Positions 1 through 15,258 of a stretch of DNA of 64,000 bases are shown here, in pieces (the stretch's first letter is position 1; every line of letters begins with the position of its first letter). The DNA lies in contig OZ234494.1 in the NCBI GenBank assembly GCA_965153455.1, positions 7,440,001 through 7,504,000 on the forward strand, written 5' to 3'. Both the position numbers and the translations under genes were made by a program. Source of the DNA: Sphagnum compactum. Taxonomy: Eukaryota. Under the pieces are notes generated by a model, which saw only the letters and a list, made by a program, of their open reading frames with translations, made no database searches and was not told where the DNA came from.

Positions 1-1119
1 TTTCATAGCTTAGGTTGAACCAACACCTACATTGGTGCCTTTATTGATGGCAAGTTTTTGAACATGGCTTCCATAATATCTTTAGATCCTCTATCAAAGA
101 AGAATTTATTAAATATATATATATAGTGAAAAAATAAAAAATAAAAAATCTACTTATATTATTCCCCACTTAAGGTTTATTTCTTGTGTTTTTAAAGTGG
201 TAGGTGTTTTTTTTGCAATATTTCACCTCATATATGAAACAAAATTGTGAACTTCAAAAATGTGATTTCAAGATATGATGTTCATTTTAAAGTAAATCTT
301 TGAAATTATTTATGTGGGGTCCACATGAAATACTTTAAATAGTTGCATATTTTGAAAACTATAACATCAAAATACTATGGTTAAGGTGGTGCCAAATACA
401 CCTTACAAACCAAGACCCTATATTGTGGCAAAACATTGCATTAGATTTTCATAATAACACAAAGAAAAGGTTGAAGTTAACATGATTTAGAATACATTCA
501 AAACAAGGACAAATGGATGATATTGATTAAAAAATTGTTGGCAATCCAAAATTAAATAGTGAACATTTTTGCTAAAATATTTTTGACATACAATTTGTGA
601 TTTAACACATATAAACATAACATGGATCATGAAATTTACATCACTTTTGATTGGAAGATGTACACCAAGCATGCCATCAACATATAAATACAAAAGGTGT
701 GCACTTCTTAGCTTGTTACAAATTTGGATTTTGTGATTGCGAAAAGAAAATTACATTTTTGTTCCAACCTTAATTAGTGTTCATTACTTATCAATATGAA
801 AATAAAGATGTTTAAGAATCAAAAAGAAACATTCTCAAAACTCCCATGCAACAGTCTCTATTTAGGAATTAAGAGTCCAAGGAATCCCAATTTTTTAAGG
901 AAAGGTTTGAAAAGGAAAACATTGGTCAAATCAAGTGATCTTTTACTCCTTGGAAAAAAATTGAAACAAGTTGGGGTTGCATGAATATGCCAATTAATGC
1001 CAATTAAAATAACTCATGTTTAAATAATGTATGTTAATATGTAAGTTGGCTCAATATTAAAAGGTGAACTTACCTTATTTTTCCACCAAGAATGTTGGGT
1101 ACTTTTCATCTCAATATTA

Positions 1120-1710
1120 TTTTTGAAATAACACCCTAACACATAATCATGACTGTTAGCAGTTTGATAATGATAATAGTGGTTTCCCATGATTCTTAAG
1201 TGTTTATCAAGCACTCCTAAGTACTTGGCAAGGACATCAAATGCTGAACCAAGACATTCAAAGGTTTACAAAATAACTTGATTACATAATCATGATTACT
1301 ACAGGTTTGACAATGACCATTAGTGGTTTCCTAATACTCTGTTGTGATTCACAAGTACTCCCAAGTGCTTATCTAACACTCCTAAGTCGCAAGTATCTCC
1401 AATGCTTGACCATGACACATTACATTTTGTAATAACACTTTAACTACATAATCATGACTGCTAGGAGTTTGACAATGACAATATAGTGGTTTCCCAGGAC
1501 TCCTAAGTGCTTTTCTAGCACTCCTAAGTACTTGGCAAGGATTTCTAAGCCTTAACAATGACATATTATCTTTTGAAAAAATACTTTAATTATAGAAGCT
1601 CACGACTTCTAAAAAACCCAACAATGGTTTGATGTGATTGACAAGTATTCCCAAGTGCTTATGTAACACCCCCAAGTACTTGACAAAACTTCAAATGCTA
1701 ACCAAAGAAT
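1120..1710. repeat. Degenerate tandem repeat, ~4 units of ~140-165 bp
   Basis: ACATAATCATGA(C/T)T...GTTTGA(T/C)AATGA...TAGTGGTTTCC...CACTCCTAAGT recurs near 1141, 1283 and 1446, with a decayed copy at ~1590-1700. Confidence 0.7.
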
Positions 1711-4700
1711 CCTAGGTGGTTGATGGGACCAGGTTGATGAAGGAACCACTTATCTAAATGATTGGTTGAATGACTATGACAACTATCTATTGAACAAGCT
1801 TATGCACAACACCACTGACAAAGCAATATACCTATTTTGACATTAAATCTTGAATTAAGAGGCAACAAAGAAGAGTACATTTAGTCTCCTTTTCCACAAA
1901 TGATCCCCCTCAACATACTCCCACAAACTCATGTTAATGATTCCAGCCAATGCACTTCCACAAATTCTACACCTTTCAAAATTTCAAACATTTAAAATAG
2001 ATCAATAGATTTGAACAAAAAAGATTGGCAAGTTGTTTTTACAAGTCTATGTATGAACATATTAAAACATAAGTCTTCTTGTTGGATTACTTTTAATTCC
2101 ATCTTCAAACCTAACTGTAGTAATCAAGATTATTTACAACATTGTTTAGCACCCAGACATAACTTGATTTCCTAGACTACACCCTCAAGTTCCATTCTGC
2201 AACATGTATAATTGGTAGCAAAGACTGATCAGTCCACATAAGGTTTCAAAAAGTAAAATATGGGTTGTACTTATGCATGTAGAACATAATCACTCTTTCT
2301 CAAGGCAACTGGATAGCTACTAATGCAATGATGAATGCACCTAACCTGCATTCATAGAGCGGACAACATTCAAGATCCATTCATAGTTGTTATTCCAAAT
2401 ATTCCTTCAAGAAGACACAATGTTCTGCAATTCAGGTACCTTATCCTTGTGTTTTCTCCTAGACCTAGAGGAATCTTACCTTTGGTTAGCAAGGAGGCCA
2501 TCTCCTGCTCTGTCTCATAGGAATCAACACCCATATTCAATGTTACCTGCAGATTTACCTTCACCCCCCAATATTAGAAGAACAAAGTGCCCAACTCCCA
2601 ATCTATCCTTCTTGATAAAGCTCTACAACATACTAGGTATGGGTAATGTCAATAGTTATAACTTTAATACAATATTAGAAATGCCAACAATGGCTTTGCC
2701 ATGTCTTCAATTCGGCCTATACCTTCAATTGAACTCCCCTTTCTAGGTGGGACCAAACTCCAACAATTGAATGCTTGACACTACAATCCTACAAAAAGCA
2801 AGCATGGGAAATAATAGAATTTTGGACCTGCAAGACAATACTACATCAATTTTTCCATATCAATTTTTTCAACTTCAAAATTTGCACAATCATAGGCAGA
2901 AGGTACTTAATACAACGTTTGGTGGACCTCTTTCATTGTTCAACTTCAGAGATTATACAAAAATCGGGAAAAAGGTCTACATTTTCCATGCATCTTTCTA
3001 TCTTGGTCGGTGGAAGGTAACGAGGTGATGTAAAAGTAGGCTTTGAAACATCATTGAAATTAAAATTCAGTGGCTACCAAAACCACATCAAACACAACAA
3101 TTTCAACTATAAAAAGCTAGGGCATTCTTGTGCATCTAGAATGCACAATAAGGGTAGTGAGGGATACCTATGCTATGAGAACCAAGTTTGCATTAAAGGA
3201 CTTGATGGTTCCAATGTCTTCCTAGTAATGATTGAACAAGTATATGCCTACAAAATCAAAATAACAAACAATAGTTATACCCAATCAAAGAGTTGACAAC
3301 ATTGTAAAATGTTTGTGGATTACTTCTAATTTGTCATATTGATGGTACCCATTTTTCATAGGAAGGAATGTCAAACCCGAACATTAAATTCTTTGGCAGA
3401 TGCAGGGATGATTTTAAAACCAAGGTCATTTGCATTTGGGTAACGCCATCTAAATCAACTATATAGCATGTCAGAATGACCAAATAAGTTGATGGAAAAT
3501 CATTAGGACTCCCAATTCTCCCAATAACCAAATTCTACAAACATCATCCCAACTAAGAATTTCCATACAACTATTAGAGGAAATGTACACAATCCCAACA
3601 AAACAGATAATTCAAAGGAGGAACACACATATGTATTAATCAAAACTGAAATGTTCAGTAGAACATACTGTACATACCTCAAATTTATAGTAAAATTGCA
3701 CCAACACCAAAATTGCAACTCTCATATCTATAATTCCCAAATACATGAAAATAAATAAGAATATTTTAGGTTTTCTGGAAACTGAACCAATTTTGCAATT
3801 GCAACATGCATACATTGTTGTTAAGTAGAAAAAGAAGAAGTAGAATAGCTTCTCCATTAAACCACAAAGAACAGATTTGAAACATTATAGGTTTCATGTC
3901 ATCTGTCAATGACCTCCATAAGTGGAAGCTAACAGGTCCTAGTCTGCAGCTCACTGCATGTAGAAGCATTGCTCATCACACCCCAACTTGAAAATAGTGA
4001 GTACCTCCCTTGTGCATGCAAGGCTCATTACATTGTGCCACACATAGCATTTAGTGTTTCCACCAACATCAACTTTTGATACTTTCCACAAGCAAATGGA
4101 AATTTCTTCACCATGCACACAAGACCTTTTTACAATCAATCTAGATAAACAACAAACTTAAAGCCACATAGGGTATGAATCGTGGTTTGGAAATACCTCT
4201 ACTACGTCAATGACCTCCCTGCATTCGCTCATGATCTACAGCTTGTTGCATTGTGCCATTCAAGAACACTTAACCAATGTGTTTAGCCTACAAATTGGGG
4301 ATTTAATACATTGTGTTTACTTTAGTCAAACCACCCTTTCTACATACAATAATTGTGGTTAAGTTGGAATCATGGATGCAACAGGTCAACAAATCTTTGA
4401 AGTTCCACACTTTAATTTTGACCCAAAAAAAAATCATATGGATTGGTGACCAACAAGGATTCTCAATGTCACAACCACATGCAACCTTAGTCCACTTCCT
4501 AAAGGAGCCATGGTAAAAGACCACTAAAGAGGTTCACAATCATGTGAATGCTTAGAACTAGTGTGAAATCATGTTCTAATGTTGTACTTGTCATTTTGGG
4601 CTAAAGTGCAATAGGACCCACCAAGACACCATGGAAAATGAATGGTCTACAAGATTTTTACATTGCTTTCTTGTCACATAGATAACAACCATAGTTAATT

Positions 4701-7700
4701 ATGTACTAACGAATGTTGACAAGTTCTTGCAAGTAGATGAAATCTTGGTTTATTTTTAATTTCAAGTTAATGGAGGCTTATAATATATTTATTTATTGTC
4801 AAATAATGCATATTGTAATCATAATATATCAAAACTTCAATGTAAAACTAACTTTGAACATCATATTGATCGCCTTGTTAATTTCAAACCTACTTGTAAC
4901 CTATAGCTACTTTTATGATGCCAATGTTTTTCAAATTTTGTATCAACTTACCATATATTCAATGGAGGAGTTTGGTTTCATAATTTTACTTACAAAGGTT
5001 TTAATTTACTTTCTGGTGTTTATGTCAAAAATTATCTTAGTTTTAAACTAGAATGTGAATGGACTTGTTTTTACTCTATCATGCTTTCATTTTACATTAG
5101 TTGGCAAGTTTTGTAATTCCCAAACATAAGGTGAACTTGGATTGTAAGACAATTTTTTAATTCATTTGGTTGTTGCAATACAAGGAAAGGTAAATTGTAC
5201 ATTCATTTAAATGTGTTGCATTAAAGTAGCGTGAAAGTTTAGATATTTCTTTTCTAATTTGGTAGTTTCTTCAAGAATGCATGTATGCACATAGTTGAAG
5301 TTCCTAGTATATATTCATGATTTTGTCTTGTCCCAAATTTAACATGGTGATTATGGAAAAGACCTTGGTAAATTGCCTTTCAAACATTAGGTCATTTCCA
5401 ATTGCATTTGCATATTTCATTATAATATATATTTCAAAATTAATTTCAAAATCATTTTGTGTTCATGCTAATTTCAATTTTTCATTGAAGGGATATTAAT
5501 TACATGGGTGCTTGAATCATAGTCAAACGAACCAAAAACTTATCAATTTTTTCAAACATATTTATGTAATGCCATTTTAATGTCATGTTGATCAAGGAAA
5601 TTTGTGCTAATTGATTCATATCAGTGTTGAAGAATTAAAGAAAAATTCATTTAGTTTAATTAATTGAGTATTGGTTTTAGTAAAGGACTTTTGAACTTTA
5701 ATAGCCCAATTTTTTTTATAAAACACTAGGTTAAGGACTCTTTTAATAAATAAATTTTGATGGGAAAATTTCTCAAATGAGATAACCTACTATCCACATA
5801 TGAAAAGCACTCATAATTTCAAAATTTTGATATTTGATTTTTTTTTAAATTCAAAATATAATTTCAGAATTTTCAAATTTCAAGAGTCATTTGCTAGATG
5901 TAAATGGGTGATAATGTGGATGACATATGAACAAAGCTTTGGCTTATGATACAAAAACCTAAAGTTTAATTTAGTTATCATATTTTAACATGATTTGAAA
6001 TTATGATCATTTTTCAAAATGAAACGTAGAATCTGGCATAATTTGTACATTTCTCGCAAATTGATATTTATTCAAAAAGAGTTAACACAAGTAATGTAAT
6101 TTATTGGGGAAATTTTGAATATTTTTAAAAACATGCTGCAACAAAAATCTTTCAAAAAATCCTTTTTATGAAAAAGTCAAAATGTACAAAAAAAAGACCC
6201 ATTTGTGGTTGAATCCTTTGTCACTGTTGGCCCATTTGATTATGATTGCACCCACATAGCTTAACTAGTTAAGGCTCATGGTTACCTTGCAAGTAGTTAT
6301 GTTCAATCCACAATTAGACATTCAAACATGCAACCCAATTATAACAAACAAGTCATCAAATTAAATTTTGCTACCTAAAGATGAATAGACTTGGGCAATA
6401 TTCCAACAAGGTTCCATTTTCAAAGAGGAAGCAATAGCCTAAAGTTTAAAAGACAATCATCAACCCAAAACAATACGAATAAACCCCAACAAAATAATCC
6501 TTTGCTTTGCCATTTCTTTTTTCTTTGTTGATAGGGGAACCATAGGATATTCAAATCAATGAACAAAGAAATCCTCATCATTTTGGTCTTTTTACATTGA
6601 TGATATCTCATTTCAAAAACTATATGAAATGATTTAGCTAAAATTAAAATTCACAAATATTTCCACATGTTATCTTTTAATCATAAGTTAATAATGTGCC
6701 TAGATTTGTTTTGATTATCATTTGAACTCATCATTTCATTATTGAGACCTAAGCATGACAAGGAAATGAACTTTCAATTGAATTCATTATTGCCAAACTC
6801 AAAGGCAAAGGATGCCTATGGAGGTTTTTAAAACTTAACTACCTTATTCATAAGTAACTATGGCAACAAGTCTTGACTTTTGACACCATGGGATCAATGG
6901 TTTACTTAGTAGAATGGACCATAGATATATATTTTTAAATACATTCAAAGACATGGGTATAAGTAAGACAAAATGAACAATCTTATACCTTGTTTTTCTA
7001 CTTGCAAAGTAAATATAAAATAATAACAAGATCCATTATAAAATTGTTATACATTGAATGTTTTTACATGAATGATTAAAACCAAGATAGTTTTTCACTA
7101 TTATGCATTAGTTTTTACATTTTGCATCATAAAAGTAAGTTGAAAGTAGGTTTTTAAAATACAAATAACTTTTGTAGTTTACTTTTCGCAATGTGAACTG
7201 TTGTAAAATACATGATAAGTAAGATGTAACAAATAGAAATAGACTAGATTTTTTTTGCTTCCCTCAAGAAATAAAATTATCTTATATCCTAACCTTAACA
7301 TTAAATATTTTGTGTCAAAGGTTCCCCATCCATGAATTGACCACCCAATAAATGGGGATACTTCTTGTATCCTTTCAAACCATTCCATATTCAAAATTCA
7401 AAATAAAAATGAAAATGAATTTGTATTAGTATTGTATTAAAGTAGTTTTGTTTGGTTTACTTTACCATGCTTGCACTCGCATAATAATTACTTACACCAT
7501 GAACATGGCTTTTAGTCTCAAAGGGCTCAATGTTTCCTCATAAAAAAGTGAAGATACTATGTTAGATTCAATGTTAAGAGTAGAAAATTGCACAACAATT
7601 TAATCCGCACACAATAATTACCTTCTTTTAATTTTTAAACTTGATTCGATTAAGACTAAATAAAAAATAAGAAAAAAATGTTCAAATTTTGTTCATATAA

Positions 7701-8369
7701 GGTCCACTCATCAATTTAAATAAGGTTGTGGGCATAATAAACTACCAAACCATTTGAAGTTTGGCTAGGTGCTCAATAAGAAAAGATTGCCTTACTATCT
7801 TCTTGTGTATTGGTTTTATGATCTAAACTCCTTGATCATGCCTTAAATTGGATGTTTTTCAATAAGAACACATGTGACCATATTGACTTAAGATAGGTCC
7901 TAAAATGAAATACAAGGTTTTAACTAATGTTGTTGCTTCAATTTACAATTTTGGTATATAAGTTGGCTATATGTCGGTCCATGTTTGATCTATGGTTGCA
8001 ACATGAACACATATTTGGTCAATTAATTGCCCAACCATCTAGTAGGGAGTGTGTTTTTTGTTCAGTAAGAAAAAAAGTGGGTCAATTTTCCTTTGAAAGT
8101 TTTCATAACAAAGGTTTAAGGATGATCCCACCAAAAAACCTTTGGGTGGGCCAATTTCATGATTAAGATTCACATATAACAAAATGTCAAATCATCCAAA
8201 GACCCATGTAGAATTCATAACTATAAGGATCCAAACAAATCTCAAAATTCAAGAAAAGAATTAATATACATGAAAAGAAAAATGTGAAGCTTAGTAACCT
8301 TGCCTTTCAACTAGCAAACCCTTGACTCAAACTTGCACCTTTTGCACCATATTGAATTACGGTCTCTAA

Positions 8370-8600
8370 TCTCCAATTCAAAATGTTATTCTAAATGGAA
8401 AGTTTTGCAAAGTGAAGAACTTTTGGTTAAACATGCAAATGAGTAGGTCTAAATACACAATCATTGAACTCCTTAGTTTAGTTTTCATAAAGGTGAATGG
8501 TCCAAACAAACGTTCATTTTCAATTGAACCAATGACTTGCACAATGTTAACAAAATCAACTAACCTTATGTAGTCAAGTTCATGATTGGTTCAAGAATTC
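8370..8600 (-). mobile_element. hAT transposase C-terminal dimerization-domain remnant
   Basis: Minus strand translates IVQVIGSIENERLFGPFTFMKTKLRSSMIVYLDLLICMFNQKFFTLQNFPF, matching the hAT S-x-x-x-ER-x-F...K-x-K-L-R dimerization pattern. Flanked by stops; no intact ORF. Confidence 0.65.
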
Positions 8601-11600
8601 ATGATGACATATGTAAGGGTCTTTTGCAACTTGTTCAATGCACTAGTAGGGGATGTAACCTAGTTTGTTAGGAATTTCATTGACATATGGGCAAAATTGG
8701 GACAAACTTTATTAAATTAGAAATGTAGTGAAATCACTATGCCCCATAGTGAGAAGGACAAATTCCAGTGGACATAGTGAATTCACTAACACATGAATGA
8801 GTACACAATTTACACATGGCAATGAAATTCAATTATATTTTAATAATATTTTAATATTAATATTTTATAAATACTAGTTTGGATGCACGTGATTTCCATG
8901 GCCTACCATGGCAAAAAGACAATTTGAAGTTAGGTAATATGTCAATTATTGTTTATTAACTTTCTGAAGCAATGAAAGATGAATTTGATAAATGGACACC
9001 TTTGGATTTCAAGGGATGGGATCCAAATTGAATTGAATTGAATTGAATTTTAATTCAAAAATGTTGTTGTTTATCTTACTGTGAGTGTGAACACAAGCCA
9101 AATAAATTTCTTCCAATTCAACATTCAATGGATCAGACATTGTGCTAAATTGCAAAATTATGTGTTTAGTTCTAACATAATTTGGTATGAGTTACTATGA
9201 TAAATTTATTCAAATAATGTTTACAATTCAATTAGTTTTCATGTGTTTTATTAGTCACATGGTGAACTCTATATTATATATACATATGTTTTGCAATTTA
9301 TCCACATATTTTACATTGGGGAAAAAACTTCAATATTTCAACAAATGATAGGAAGTTAATTTTATTCATTATTATTTTCATTTAATATGCTTGCACATGT
9401 TCATTATAAAGTTGGTTGTATTTCAACGAAATTGCATACACACCATAGGAAATTTGGTGTGAATAAACACAACTTTAAATGAAATTATCATGGATTGCAA
9501 ATGATCCCATATCTTTGTATGTGATACACCATAAATACAAATGTTTTAATTTGGACCAAATTTGAACATGCACATTCAAAGATGATATATATGTTAATGA
9601 TTGAAAAAACTAGATCCAAGATGTATGTAATATCAATTTGCAAAGTAATAGAATATTTCATTAATATGTATTAGTGAAATTCAAACTACCTTGTAATAAC
9701 ATTTTTCACAAAGATTGGATTTCAGCGTTTTGCTTCAATCACAAATTGGCCATAAATGGTATACAGTCATGGCAATATCATGATAATGAATGTGAAATGT
9801 TATAGTATCTTGTTATGCATGGTTGATAACTTTCATCAAATTCACACATTTTTGCACACATTTTATATCTTCCATTTCTCTTTCTCTTTTTTCCTTCTCT
9901 CTCTTTTTCCACCTCTTTATGGAACTTTATTATTTTGATAATTTTCATCATCTATATCATCTTCTCCACAATTTCAAAAAAAATTAATATTGGTTGTGTA
10001 TTGGTTGTGTGATCATTTTTTTCAATATTAACTTCTTGCGATGCTTTACAAACCTTTTGGTATATTTTCCTTAACATTGAATATTAACAATCAATATGGG
10101 TACATTCATGAAATAAGGAACTGAGGGCACCAAGGTTGAACTCCTTTCCATGAATTACATTTTACATGTGATAGTCATGTATTGGTTGATTAAATATCAA
10201 AAATATATTTTTTATATAATTGAACTGAAATCAATTGAAATTCAAAATATGACCCATCTTATGATAAACATCTAAATTTTTTGCATCATGTTTTACATTA
10301 TAATCAAAAGTATAATTTTGCTTCCAACCATTATCACAAATTTTGAACTATTTTAGTCATTAAGGATGTTCAAAATCCTTACATCCTTACATCCTTCCTT
10401 GCATCTTAAACATGTGCACCTAAACATATCAACACATGACATTCTTCTTATGAAATATATTAGAGCTCACAATAAATTTGAAAACATTTGGTGGAGGTTT
10501 GAATAACAAAAAACACATTCATATTTTGGAGTTTAGGAAAAAAAATAGGACAAAACATTGAAAGACCATTAAAAACAAAATCCACATCATTTTAAACATA
10601 TAAAAGGACTTGTGAAATTTCATGAATTTTCATGAATTTTTGATAGTTGGAACTTTGCAAAGAATGGAAGGACATCCAAAACAAAATCTTAATTATTATG
10701 TTCAAGCCATGGTGTAATTACAAAGAGACAATCAAAAGTGTCCATTCACTGTGTTGGTTCCTTTATTTGTGTATGTACCCATATATTTTGCAAATATTTT
10801 ATTTTCTTCCCATCATATTTGTCCAAATTACCTATATTTTAATTTAATTATAATTTACCATATTTATCATTTATAATTTTCATGTGAAATTATTCAAATA
10901 ATTTCAAATGGTGTTGATATTTGTTAGATACATCAATTTAAATGAGAACTAAATTCTAGTGGTAATTTATAAAATGAAGGTGTTTGAGTTTTATTTCTTG
11001 CAAGAAAAAGAAAAAAATCCTCTCTTCCATGAGAAAATCAAAATTGATGAAGTTTGAATTCTTTTCTCTATGAAAAACAAATGATGTGTGTGTCTTTCCA
11101 TATATATGCATTTTTAAACATAGATTTTTTTAAAATTATTCTAAAAATTAATTATATCAAACTATAAAATATGTATATAGTTAACAAATCATTACGCCAA
11201 AAACATGGTTTGATAACTAGATATTTTTTTGACTATGTTTCAAACCTAATCATCTAGTCATATTGGACATGAAAGTATGTCATTTCTACATCTAATTCTA
11301 TAATTACAATTACATGATTAGTTGTTTTCCTAGTAACCTGGTTCTAATTAGTCTAGTAGTAGCTTAAAAATAATATAGTTTGTAGTGTTAAACAAATAGT
11401 GGCACTACATCAAAGTGTCTTATTTCACTTTGTATTTCATTAAATTTTGAGTTAACTTGAACAAATTTATTATGGCAAAAGTGCCAACCCCTTAATTAAT
11501 AGAGTTTAAGGTTTTGGGATTTGTAAAAGTAGTGACATATGTAAAAGTCCTTTAAGGGGAATGCAACAAGTGATAAATAAAGGCCGAATCATGAATAATG

Positions 11601-13693
11601 CAAATTACTACTTTTGTGAACAAAAAGAAGGGCAAGAAAAAAACCCCTATATTCCCTCACTATATTGAGATTGAATTAACCAAAAGAACAAAATGGAGAT
11701 GTTTTTTTTGTTTCATTAAAAAGTCCTAACTAAAGAGATAACCCCATTATTTAAAAGTTCCAATGCTAAAGAAGAAAGGAAATCACTACAAATTAATTAG
11801 AACTTTGGTACACTTATTGCTTATGTTTCATTTCTCACCCAACTAAGATAACTAAATGCCCTATCAATGAATCATGAAATCAATTTTAAAAAACTAGTCT
11901 TCAATATCGTTGTCACAATAGTACAACAATTAATGATAAAAAACTAAAATGAAGAAAAAATGCATGGTTCAAACTTTATCTTGTATTTGTTTCTTTCATC
12001 CTTCTTGTTCCTCCCATATATTTTTAGGAAATGTCATTATATGCAAGCTTCACACATGCACACTTAAGTTCCATTCCCATTCATGTTAAAAACACAACAT
12101 AAACACATAACCCAACCCCAAACAAAGTTCTTTCTTCAAGCATTATTTAATCATTAGAGAAAATAAATAAATACAAAACATTTCACCCAACACTGAAACA
12201 TTGCAAATGCATAATATCATTACATAAAACTTTAGTAGGATAAACATGTGACATAAATTCCATTAATTTAAACATTATAACTATAATCCCAATATCTTGT
12301 GCTTGCCACAACCCCACAATGGCAACTGAATTCTCCTTCAAAACACACCTTAAACTTCAAATGACACATGATCAACATACAAACAACCTATGATAACAAC
12401 AATTTAGTCACATCACAAATAGACAACCTAAAACTTAAATGGTATTCCATTCTCGAATTCCCGTCAATTCCTTGAAATTTTCACCAATCCCATTCTCAAT
12501 AGGATTGTGAAGTAACTTATTTTTGCCATCACACCCATCACTCAATCTTCTTTATTTTTGAATACATTGCATGACAGCTACTATGCAATGAAAGTCTAAA
12601 GCAACACAATTAAGTGATGTAGGAATTACAAAGAAAAAGAAAAGATAGAATTCTCCCCTTGAAGCTTGATGATCATCACCATACTCCACAATCCATTTAT
12701 TTTCAAGCTCCATCACACACCACCGCAGTTATCTCAAGATCTTCCATAATCTAAAAACAAACAAGTGCCATCAAACATCTAGAGCCTTGCCAACTTTCTC
12801 TAGCAAAGCTTACTATTTCCAAGTCAAGAACAAAAATGCAAACTACCACACAGTCACTTCTCCATCATCTCCAAACATCAAAAACCAATAAGCACCAAAA
12901 ACTATTCATCCATTGAAAGTTCTTCTATGGCATGATCTCCAGAAGCTTAACCACCATCATCTACAAGCAATGCCCAAAGTTTCTCTATATCATAATCTCC
13001 AAACACCTCCAAAACTTATTCGCCAGAAGTTGACATAACCTAAATTTCTTCCAGCCGAACAGGAACCCCTGAACAACCTGAAACAAAAAAAACTGCCCTG
13101 TCTTAGGGCTACACTCTCACCACCTAGTTGGAACTTGGAACTTGGGCTACATATTTTTGTACTAGCGCCGAACACGCTCTGACAGCTTGATCACGAATCA
13201 CGATCCCAAGTCAAATAGACAGGATTCGCCATGGAGCCTGGAAGCTGGAAGGGAATGTTTTTTGGCTTTATAACCACTTTGTTCTGACAACCCCAAGACT
13301 TCCAAAATGAGAGGTGTAACTAATATATGGTCCACTCGGGACACGAGCTGCGGTTTTTTTCCTTCAGAAGTTTTGTCAGCTGGCGATGTTTTTGGTGTTG
13401 AAAAATGACAACAAATAAGTGTTTTTTTGGGATAGGAACTAGCAAAAAATATAGAAGGATGATTATGCATTTTTTACTTTTATATTTTGTTTATAGTTAG
13501 ATTTTGCTAATTAGTCTTATGGATGTTAGCCATTTCAGCTACATCACAAAATTGAAAAGAAAAGCACTGGGTCACCCGAGATGGAGCAAATTGGTGTCAT
13601 GACTTGTATGCAAAGTTCAAACCAATGGTGCTAATAGCTAGTTGATGACCAAATTATAAATTATCTGGAGGCATCAATTTAGACCACTACTTA

Positions 13694-14064
13694 GAGCATC
13701 TCCACCGGTGCTCAGTATGTGACTCCAGACGCTAAAATTTATTGTGAAAAAGTCAAAATGTGCCGGTTTAGCTCAGGAAATTGGTTTTTCTGCACCAAAT
13801 TCGTGCAGCTTGCCTCGGCCGGTAATTGGCGCAACACAGTTGTGCACCTCCAAAAAAGAGTGTAATAAATTGGACCTGACTGTGGCTCAGTATTCCTGAT
13901 TGGTCGATCATAATGATTGGTCCAGGTGGTTTGCTATAGTAGTACCCAAGTATACGCAATTCCAGTTACAGTTTTATTGGTGGGGTTGCCAGAAAAAAAC
14001 AGCTAAACTTAGACATTTAATTTTAATATCCAGAGTGACATACTGAGCACCAGTGGAGATGCTC
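13694..14064. mobile_element. Tourist-like (PIF/Harbinger) MITE, 371 bp
   Basis: 32-bp TIRs: GAGCATCTCCACCGGTGCTCAGTATGTGACTC versus right-end reverse complement GAGCATCTCCACTGGTGCTCAGTATGTCACTC (2 mismatches). TTA on both sides (13691-13693 and 14065-14067). Confidence 0.92.
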
Positions 14065-15231
14065 TTAGGAGAGGAGTTGACTACTAATTAGTAAGTGCAT
14101 TTTATCTCATATTCTTAGACCCCTTTGCAAGAATATGTGCTCTTTGGTGTACTTGTGGAGTGGAGTTTTTTTTTCCCTCAATTTTTTTATAACCATAAAC
14201 CATATATGAAAGTAAAAATACATATGTGCCCTTCTATATTCTGGGCTACTAACTAGAACCAATTACAAAAATCTGGTCATTTGGAATTTCTTTTTCTCAA
14301 AATCTGGCATATCTGAGCTATTTTTAAAACAAAAAGCCTTTGAATAAATAGAAAATTACAAGTCACATTTTTCAGGTCAAAATTCACCAAATAAAAAGTC
14401 GCTGGCACTGTCCACAATTCAAGATCTTGGGATACTAACAAGTTGAGACAATATTGTGGATGGTTGTTACACAGTCACACACTCATGCAAACCATTGAAC
14501 GAATGTGTGCACCACAAGGGATGAATGGGTTCTGGACAAGAAACACTTTTCCTATCGTGTTTTATAGACAACCACCGTGGTTGGCATAATTTATGTTTTT
14601 AGGTTTTACTACCTACCTTCTAGGTAGATAGTAACCTCCTTACCTATGTACTGACAATCAACAAGCAGCTACTTATCTAGTAACCACTAACCACCTGTTA
14701 CGCCACCTACCCACATACAACTGTCCTATAGTAACTACATTTATCCTAACTGCCTACACACAGGACTTGGATTGATACCTGCGTGAAACTTGATATCAAC
14801 TCATTTGGGGTTCATCCACAACTAAATCACAGAAGGCTTCCAAGCGATGGTGTGCTGGTGTCTGTTGGTTCACCATGGCCTCAAGAAGTGGCATGTAGGC
14901 CCAGGGCGTATTGCAGTGCATGGACTTAACAACAATACAAACAAAAAATTAGATGTTACACGTGAACTAACTTAACCCTTGGGGGATATTTCTCAAGACA
15001 ACCCTTAACTTCTCTCACAGTTGGAGTCACTTCCCCTACCATTGGGTCAGTCTGAACCCATAGGTATTATGAAACAAAACGATCAGCTCATTTGCGGCTA
15101 TGGCATTCATGGCCAGTTCAAACCAGCAATATGTACTTGGAAGGAAGACACTAAATACCCCCTAATGAGCACTGTCTGGGTGTCAGTGCAATCTCCTGCA
15201 TGGTTTTGCACAACGTTTGATTAATGTTTTA

Positions 15232-15258
15232 AATATATATATATATATATATATATAT
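15232..15258. repeat. (TA)n microsatellite
   Basis: Direct read of the TA run. Confidence 0.9.

Noticed and set aside
1-13600. Many short ORFs in the AT-rich first 13 kb, including coding-looking relics at ~1900-3050, ~3870-4300 and ~12450-13000
   Set aside because: Riddled with stops and no motif I could assign, apart from the hAT piece. Probably old transposon debris.
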